Shown in pieces: positions 57,903 through 64,000 of a stretch of 64,000 nucleotides of DNA. Source of the DNA: Chlorobiota bacterium. Lineage in GTDB: Bacteria; Bacteroidota; Ignavibacteria; Kapaibacteriales; NICIL-2. A program made the translations under genes and the position numbers. Each line of letters starts with the position of its first letter. The first letter of the stretch is position 1. The DNA lies in the NCBI GenBank assembly GCA_039810585.1, contig JBDHXF010000006.1, forward strand, positions 12,486 through 76,485, in the 5' to 3' direction. The notes beneath the pieces are model-generated. The model worked only from the letters and a program-made list of their open reading frames with translations, was not told the origin of the DNA and ran no database searches.

Positions 57903-58744
57903 TGTTCTTTCGCGCCATCATCAACGAACTGATCAAGATTGCCTCCAAACCCAGGTCCTACCTTGGTTTGGGCGCCATCACGCTGCTGGTGAGCGTGGTG
58001 CTCTTTGCCATGAAAGCAGACGGCACTCACTTTGTTGGATTCGCCACCGCAAGCTTTGAACAAAGTTTGAGCTTCAGCGGAACCATTCTCAATGGAAATC
58101 TGGTTGCCTTTATTATCCTGCAGACCCTGATCATCCACGTGCCCCTACTCGTGGCCTTGGTGACGGGAGATTTAGTCAGCGGCGAAGGTGCAGCCGGAAC
58201 TATCCGCATGTTGCTCACCAGACCGCTGTCGCGCACACAGGTGCTGTTCTCCAAGTTCATCGCCGGTGCATCGTACACCGCACTTGTGGTAGCTTGGCTG
58301 GCTTTCTTGGGCATCGTGGTAGCACGAGGAATGTTCGGCGTCGGCGATTTGGTGGTACTCAACAGCGATGGCTTGACCGTGTTGCTGCAACAGGATATCC
58401 TCTGGCGCTTCGGTTATGGACTCGTGGTGGCGTGGTTGGCGTTGCTTACTGTGTCGTCGTTATCGATTACCCTGTCCTGCTTCAGCGACAACTCCATTGG
58501 CCCCATCGTAGCTACCATGGCCATCATCATTTTGTTTACCATCATCGGCACACTCGACGTGCCGGTGTTCGATTCGGTGCGACCGCTACTCTTTACCACC
58601 CACATGGCAAGCTGGCGCTCCTTCTTTGAGGATCCCCTGCCGATGGCCGACATCCGTCAGTCGCTCATCATCCTGCTGAGTCACAACATCGGCCTGATGA
58701 CCATCGCCTGGTGGAAATTTCGAACGAAAGATATTACAGCCTGA
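57902..58744 (+). CDS. ABC-2-type permease
   Basis: TGATG coupling to the ATPase gene. Six hydrophobic helices. Confidence 0.75.
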   Translation: MFFRAIINELIKIASKPRSYLGLGAITLLVSVVLFAMKADGTHFVGFATASFEQSLSFSGTILNGNLVAFIILQTLIIHVPLLVALVTGDLVSGEGAAGTIRMLLTRPLSRTQVLFSKFIAGASYTALVVAWLAFLGIVVARGMFGVGDLVVLNSDGLTVLLQQDILWRFGYGLVVAWLALLTVSSLSITLSCFSDNSIGPIVATMAIIILFTIIGTLDVPVFDSVRPLLFTTHMASWRSFFEDPLPMADIRQSLIILLSHNIGLMTIAWWKFRTKDITA

Positions 58745-58745
58745 T

Positions 58746-59450
58746 ATGACACGCTCCCTTCGCACGATTGCTATCGTCTTGAGTCTTTTTCTTACGCACA
58801 CAGCTTCGCTGTCCGCGGCCGACAATGCCGATCAACTGGTAACTCGCGTAGCCGGCGTACTGCAAAAGGTACGCGATTACACGGCCGAGGTCGTCGTCAC
58901 TCCCGATGTTCCGATGCTCAAGATGCAGCCGGTAACAGGAACGGTCTACTACAAGGCTCCGAACTCCTTTTCTATTGTCTCACCCAACCTTGCTATTCTG
59001 CCCAAACAAGGATTGATGGAACATCAACGCATTCTGCAGCAGCGGGATCAGTTTAGTGCGGTGCAGACGGGAACGGAGACAATCGGTGGCGTGAGTTGCA
59101 GTATCATCAGTCTGCTTCCGCATAGCGATACCATGGATATCATCCTTGCCAAACTCTGGATCGATCCCAGTTCTGCACTGGTCTATAAAGCACTCGTCAC
59201 CACACGCAATAACGGAACGATTACCGTCGACTATCATTACGGATCGCAGAAGGCCTATGCATTGCCCGATCAGATCGTGTTTTATGTTGATGTGAAGAAG
59301 TTCAAATTCTCCAAAGGCGTGAGTACGGATATCAATCATTCGAAGAGTACGCCGGACGGGAACGGACCCAAATCCGGATCCATTCGAATCGATCTGAGTC
59401 ATTATAAGGTGAACTCAGGTCTCGGCGATGATGTGTTTCGTAAACATTAA
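58746..59450 (+). CDS. LolA-like outer-membrane lipoprotein-sorting protein
   Basis: Signal peptide. The N-terminal pattern ADQLVTRVAGVLQKVRDYTAEVVV...GTVYYKAPNSF is typical of LolA/LppX-fold proteins. Starts 2 nt after the permease stop. Confidence 0.6.
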   Translation: MTRSLRTIAIVLSLFLTHTASLSAADNADQLVTRVAGVLQKVRDYTAEVVVTPDVPMLKMQPVTGTVYYKAPNSFSIVSPNLAILPKQGLMEHQRILQQRDQFSAVQTGTETIGGVSCSIISLLPHSDTMDIILAKLWIDPSSALVYKALVTTRNNGTITVDYHYGSQKAYALPDQIVFYVDVKKFKFSKGVSTDINHSKSTPDGNGPKSGSIRIDLSHYKVNSGLGDDVFRKH

Positions 59451-59628
59451 GTCAGTGAGCTATGTCAGTGCAGTAATTACCCTCGTCTCCCCTCCCACCC
59501 GTATTCACACAAGACCGTAGATTTACGGATGCTTAAGGTCGCACGTGACCCCTACATTGAGCGTTCAAGGCAAATGCCGTTGATTCTTTATATTGATCGA
59601 CGAACGACACTCTACGCTCAATTTTTCC

Positions 59629-61572
59629 ATGAAAAACAAAAAGCGAACGTCCTCCGGTCAGCGCGAATCGAAGAGTACTTCTGCTTCCGCTGCATCACCG
59701 AAGAACAAGCGTTCACGGGGCATTGATGGTGCCACTCGGAATCTACTCATGATACTCGTTGGCGTGTGTGTGGCACTCACCTTTGTTGCCTACTTGCCGA
59801 CATTGCATGCAGACTTCATCAATCTGGATGACAACGATTACGTGTATGCCAACGAAACCATACGGTCGTTTTCGAATCTCAAGTCCATGCTCACGGAGCC
59901 ATTGCAAGGCAATTATCATCCGCTGACTGTGATGAGCCTTGCGATGAACTATGCCATCTCGGGCAACAACGCTTCATCCTACCACTGGCTCAATTTGCTC
60001 TTGCACCTGGCCAACACCGTTCTCGTGTTTTGGTTTGTGTGGCAGCTCAGCGGTCGTAAAACCATTATTGCATTTTGCGCAGCGTTGTTCTTTGGCGTCC
60101 ATCCCATGCATGTGGAATCAGTTGCCTGGATTGCGGAACGGAAGGACGTACTCTACACCTTCTTCGGCATGATGGGATTGATCGCTTATCTGCGCTACAT
60201 CGATAACAAGGATAAGTCTGCCTTGTGGCTCAGTTTCTTACTCTTTGTCCTGTCCATTGCATCGAAGCCTGCTGCCATCGTTTTTCCCTTAAGCTTAGTT
60301 GTCATCGATATATACCGTCAACGTGAGTGGCGGAGCGCCTTGCTGGTCGAGAAAATTCCATTCTTCGCCATCTCGCTCATCATGGCCTTGCTTACACTTA
60401 AAGCACAAACCGTGGGTGGTGCTACAGACACGTCCAACGCGTTTGGAATTGACCAGAGAGCGTTCTTTGGCTTCTACTCCTTCATGATGTACATCGCCAA
60501 AATGTTTGTGCCTATCAATCTGGCCATCTTCTACCCTCTGCCCACGATGCACCAAGCACTACCTGCCGCCTATTACCTTGCGCCTTTGGTGTTCTTTGGT
60601 TTGGCCGGAGCTGCGTATTGGGCCTATCGCAAGGAACGTGTTTTTGCCTTTGGACTCCTCTTCTTCTTTGTGAACATCGTCTTGGTATTGCAGTGGAAAG
60701 TCATCGGATCCACCATTATGGCGGAGCGCTATACCTATGTGCCCTATATCGGACTCTTCGTCATTGTTGGTTGGGTAATCGACCATTATCTCGGATCAAA
60801 ACGAAATGTTGCACTGGCGACGATTAGTGCGGTTGGCTTCGTTTTCTGCGGACTAAGCTATGCACAGGCATCGGTGTTCGTGAATAATACGGCACTTTGG
60901 GACAACGCCATGGAACATCAACCTTCCGAGCGTGCCTACACCAATCGAGCCAGCTTGCTACGCAGCGAAGGAAAGTTAGACTCAGCCTTAGTGTTTTACG
61001 ATAAGGGATTAGCAATCTTCCCTAACGACCAATGGGCTCTATGTAACCGAGCGAACATCTACTTCGATCAGCACAAGGATTCGCTAGCGGAAGCAGACTA
61101 CACACACGCGCTTTCGATCATTCCGGATTTTGTTCCTGCACTCATGAACCGCGGTGCATTGTACGTGCGAGCGGGAAAGAACGATGTCGCGTTGAAAGAT
61201 CTTAATCGAGCAATCGAGTTGAAGCCTCAGGAGCACAGTGCCTATTTGTACCGAGCCGTGTGCTTGTTTAATGGCGGTCGTCACAGCGACGCCATCGAAG
61301 ACTATGTGAAAGTGTGTCAGTCGTTTCCAAACGATATGGACAGTCGTTACTCTCTTGGCATGTGTTATAAAATCACAGGCCAAACTCAGAAGGCACTTTC
61401 AAGTTTTAATGAGTGCATTGCCAAACGCCCCACCCCGCAAGCTTTTCAAATGCGATCGGAGTGTGAGCTGGCTCTTGGTATGCGCGATCAGGCAAAAACA
61501 GATGCGACCATTGCCATGAAGAATGGTGCCCGACTAAGCGCTGAGTTTCTTCATCAGCTCGGACTAAACTAG
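59629..61572 (+). CDS. Polytopic membrane protein with DUF1736/TMTC-like glycosyltransferase-C region plus C-terminal TPR repeats (paralogue 1)
   Basis: GNYHPLTVMSLAMNY and FGVHPMHVESVAWIAERKDVLYTFF (DUF1736-like). About 11 TM helices. Five or more TPR units at the C-terminus. ATG 59629 inside the tracked TTG-started ORF. Confidence 0.8.
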   Translation: MKNKKRTSSGQRESKSTSASAASPKNKRSRGIDGATRNLLMILVGVCVALTFVAYLPTLHADFINLDDNDYVYANETIRSFSNLKSMLTEPLQGNYHPLTVMSLAMNYAISGNNASSYHWLNLLLHLANTVLVFWFVWQLSGRKTIIAFCAALFFGVHPMHVESVAWIAERKDVLYTFFGMMGLIAYLRYIDNKDKSALWLSFLLFVLSIASKPAAIVFPLSLVVIDIYRQREWRSALLVEKIPFFAISLIMALLTLKAQTVGGATDTSNAFGIDQRAFFGFYSFMMYIAKMFVPINLAIFYPLPTMHQALPAAYYLAPLVFFGLAGAAYWAYRKERVFAFGLLFFFVNIVLVLQWKVIGSTIMAERYTYVPYIGLFVIVGWVIDHYLGSKRNVALATISAVGFVFCGLSYAQASVFVNNTALWDNAMEHQPSERAYTNRASLLRSEGKLDSALVFYDKGLAIFPNDQWALCNRANIYFDQHKDSLAEADYTHALSIIPDFVPALMNRGALYVRAGKNDVALKDLNRAIELKPQEHSAYLYRAVCLFNGGRHSDAIEDYVKVCQSFPNDMDSRYSLGMCYKITGQTQKALSSFNECIAKRPTPQAFQMRSECELALGMRDQAKTDATIAMKNGARLSAEFLHQLGLN

Positions 61573-61668
61573 TCTGTAAAGGGATGCACCAATGAGCGCC
61601 ACGTGGCGGACTTTCGTTCATCACAACACGAGTGTTAGCAATTCACTAAACCACCAATACGCTTTTCT

Positions 61669-63648
61669 ATGAAGCAGAAAAAGTCAACGAAGGTCGAAAG
61701 CAGCGAAGCTGCTCAAGAACAAAAATCTCCCAAAGCAGGCAAGGGACCGAAGACTAAGAGCGATCGACCCAAGTCGACGAAGAAGACGGCTGTCAACAAG
61801 AACCTCCTGCTGGCACTATTGGGACTGTGTTTAGGGCTGACTCTGGTGGCCTACATCCCGGCGTTCGGAGGCGGTTTTGTCAATTGGGACGATGATGACT
61901 ATGTGGTCAGTAATATGTCGCTCCGCGACGGTGGCCATACCAAGGACATCCTCACCAAACCCGTGCAAGGGAACTACCATCCGCTGACGATGCTGAGTCT
62001 CGAAATGAACTACAGCACCGATCCCAAGACCGGCGAGGTAAATGCTTTTGCCTTCCACTTATGGAACGTGATTCTGCATTTGTTGAACACGGCATTAGTG
62101 TTTTACTTCATCTGGAAGCTCACCAAAGAGAATACCGTCATCGCCTTCACGGCAGCACTGCTCTTTGGCGTCCACCCCATGCACGTGGAATCCGTGGCTT
62201 GGGTTTCCGAACGCAAGGACGTGCTCTACACCTTCTTTTACTTAATTGCATGCCTTGCCTACCTACGCTATGTGGACAGCTCCAAAACTGTGCACTATGC
62301 GCTGAGTATCGTCTGGTTCGCCTTGTCCTTAGCATCTAAACCTGCCGCCATCATCTTTGCCGGTACTGCGCTCACAATCGATTTCTACAGAGGTCGGGCG
62401 TTTTCGGCGAAGCTTCTGTTGGAGAAAATTCCTTATCTGCTTTTGGCGGGTTTCTTAACCTATCTCACGCTCAATGCCCAGCAGACGGTCGGTGCGACGG
62501 ATAAAGCTGAACACTTCATTTTGACCAATCGCTTCTTCTTCATGTTCTACGGATACATGATGTACATCGTGAAGCTGTTCTGGCCTTTTGGTTTGGCGGC
62601 CTTCTATCCCCTGCCACCGGTCAACGAAACCTTACCGATTGAATATTTTCTGTCGCCCATAGTCTTCATCGCCACCGCCTATCTGGCTTGGCGTACTCGT
62701 AAAGACTACCCCATCATAGCCTGGGCCTTCGCTTTTTACTTAGTGAACCTCGTACTGGTATTGCAGTTCAAAGTGATTGGAAGTGCAATCATAGCCGATC
62801 GCTACACCTACATGCCCTATATCGGACTCTTCGTGTTGCTTGGTTGGTTCATCGATAAGTACTTCAAGTCACGTCAGTCCACAGCTCTAGCTATCGTAGC
62901 CGTTCTTGGTGTAGCTCTCACGGTGTTGAGTTACCAGCAAGCGCAGACATGGAAAACCAGTGCCTCGCTGTGGGATAACGCCATTGAAAAAGTACCCTCG
63001 GAACGTGCCTACGTCAACCGCGCCACGATGCTGCGTAAAGAAGGAAACTGGGACAAGGCCTTGGCCTACTATAATGAGGCTATGCATTTAAACAAGGTCG
63101 ACCACGAAGCCTACTGCAATCGCGCCAATATCTACTTTGATAAGCACATGGATTCGCTTGCGTTGTTGGACTACAAAGCAGCTCTCGACCTCAAGCCGGA
63201 CTTTGTACCTGCACTTGACAACCGAGGCGCGCTGCTTGCAAGAGCCGGACGCTCTGAAGAAGCACTGAAAGATCTCGATAAGGCTCTCGAAATCAATCCT
63301 GATTATAAGTCTGCGTACGCCAATCGTGCAGTAACCTTGTTCGATTTGAAACGCTTTCCGGAAGCTATTCGCGATTTCCGTAAGTACATCAGCTACTTCC
63401 CTAACGACGTGGACAATCGAAACTCCATTGGTGTGTGTTACCAGATGATGAACCGCCACGACTCTGCTGTCATCGAGTTCAATCAATGCATCGCCATGGC
63501 TCCAAAACCAATGTTCTTCCTCAATCGTTCGTACAGTTACAATGCTCTGGGCAACCTTGTACAGGCACGTGTGGATGCGCTTGAAGCCAAACGACGTGGT
63601 ATGCAAGTTCCACCCGCTTACCTACAAAAAATTGGAGCGAATCAGTAA
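61669..63648 (+). CDS. Polytopic membrane protein with DUF1736/TMTC-like region plus TPR repeats (paralogue 2)
   Basis: Same architecture, collinear and clearly homologous over the full length to the upstream gene (GNYHPLTMLSLEMNY, FGVHPMHVESVAWVSERKDVLYTFF). Confidence 0.8.
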   Translation: MKQKKSTKVESSEAAQEQKSPKAGKGPKTKSDRPKSTKKTAVNKNLLLALLGLCLGLTLVAYIPAFGGGFVNWDDDDYVVSNMSLRDGGHTKDILTKPVQGNYHPLTMLSLEMNYSTDPKTGEVNAFAFHLWNVILHLLNTALVFYFIWKLTKENTVIAFTAALLFGVHPMHVESVAWVSERKDVLYTFFYLIACLAYLRYVDSSKTVHYALSIVWFALSLASKPAAIIFAGTALTIDFYRGRAFSAKLLLEKIPYLLLAGFLTYLTLNAQQTVGATDKAEHFILTNRFFFMFYGYMMYIVKLFWPFGLAAFYPLPPVNETLPIEYFLSPIVFIATAYLAWRTRKDYPIIAWAFAFYLVNLVLVLQFKVIGSAIIADRYTYMPYIGLFVLLGWFIDKYFKSRQSTALAIVAVLGVALTVLSYQQAQTWKTSASLWDNAIEKVPSERAYVNRATMLRKEGNWDKALAYYNEAMHLNKVDHEAYCNRANIYFDKHMDSLALLDYKAALDLKPDFVPALDNRGALLARAGRSEEALKDLDKALEINPDYKSAYANRAVTLFDLKRFPEAIRDFRKYISYFPNDVDNRNSIGVCYQMMNRHDSAVIEFNQCIAMAPKPMFFLNRSYSYNALGNLVQARVDALEAKRRGMQVPPAYLQKIGANQ

Positions 63649-63737
63649 GCTGAACGCCCCGGGAGTTTTTTATTCGTGCGGCCTTCGGCCTACATCTCTG
63701 TTCCGAAAATTAAAGCGACAGTGTTCGTAAGAAAATA

Positions 63738-63773
63738 ACAAAGGCTCGAGGGCAACAGCTCTCGAGCCTTTGT
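63738..63773. terminator. 13-bp perfect stem ACAAAGGCTCGAG/CTCGAGCCTTTGT between convergent genes
   Basis: Read directly. A-rich before and T-rich after, so it is plausible as a bidirectional terminator. Confidence 0.6.
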
Positions 63774-63801
63774 GTTATTGAGCAATACAATCAGTGACTG
63801 T

Positions 63802-64000
63802 CTAGTCCTGCGCCGGTGATTCAATGCGTAGGCGTACCGTTCGGTTATAGAAGCGACCTTCCGGCAGCGTATTATCGAAGGTGGATTGCTCGCCAACACC
63901 ACGTACGTGCGATGATGAGACGTCCAACACTTTTGCCACTGCTTTGGCGCGTTGTTCCGATAAGTTCTGATTGTACGCAGCATCACCCATGGTATCGGTT
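63802..64000 (-). CDS. C-terminal OmpA-like (peptidoglycan-binding) domain of a protein truncated by the window edge
   Basis: ...TDTMGDAAYNQNLSEQRAKAVAKVL...GRFYNRTVRLRI matches the OmpA_C motif (TD..G....N..LS..RA..V). The reading frame stays open to position 64000. Confidence 0.7.
   Translation of the reverse strand, partial: TDTMGDAAYNQNLSEQRAKAVAKVLDVSSSHVRGVGEQSTFDNTLPEGRFYNRTVRLRIESPAQD

Noticed and set aside
1-64000. Known defence systems, prophage, integrase, transposase, reverse transcriptase or toxin-antitoxin pairs
   Set aside because: None of the translated ORFs showed the hallmark motifs (DDE, tyrosine or serine recombinase, RT YxDD, Cas, restriction-modification, nuclease-NTPase pairs). 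Absence was judged by eye only, and a profile search could still find remote hits among the orphan ORFs.

Overview
This 64-kb chromosomal window looks like a flagellated member of the FCB group (Bacteroidota/Ignavibacteriota/Kapabacteria-like). Two secreted proteins end in T9SS C-terminal sorting domains, and there is a CarboxypepD_reg-type TonB receptor with a DUF4249-like partner. The same DNA also carries a flagellar hook gene and a complete chemotaxis operon. Gene order: pyruvate:ferredoxin oxidoreductase; two orphan ORFs; TonB receptor/DUF4249; MFS transporter; a ~1,700-aa LamG/beta-sandwich-repeat T9SS surface protein; a secreted orphan; a GNAT-like protein; a CPBP protease; a TMEM175-like channel; flgE plus a TIGR02530-like flagellar protein; an MCP; a porin; a 670-bp repeat-rich spacer; a che operon (cheW, HEAT protein, 55-aa micro-ORF, cheR, response regulator, cheY, cheZ-like, cheA, cheB, haem-c MCP); a methyltransferase; plsC; tRNA-Val(CAC); a Sec-type (clade II) nosZ cluster (rrf2, cyt c, nosZ, nosB/nosL, nosD, nosF, nosY, Met/His-rich lipoprotein, NnrS-like, fasciclin); 1.4 kb without ORFs; a T9SS alkaline phosphatase; a propeller lipoprotein; icd; LysR; an ABC/LolA-like module; two tandem TMTC-like TPR membrane proteins; and a partial OmpA. 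The strongest leads are these. (1) The whole nos cluster is bracketed by two 167-bp direct repeats (159/167 identical, no indels) beside tRNA-Val, with no recombinase in sight. (2) A mosaic family of intergenic elements shares a 17-mer hairpin arm (GTGAGCCACCCACTCGG), perfect TTATCCACA 9-mers and TGTGGAAA motifs. (3) A single ORF joins NosB and NosL, with a 28-nt perfect palindrome and an internal lipoprotein signal at the junction. (4) The chemotaxis operon ends in a CXXCH (DUF3365-type) MCP and includes a CheZ-like protein, a HEAT protein and an untracked micro-ORF. I recognised no CRISPR array, prophage, transposase or known defence system. All homology calls come from motif recognition by eye, not from database searches.
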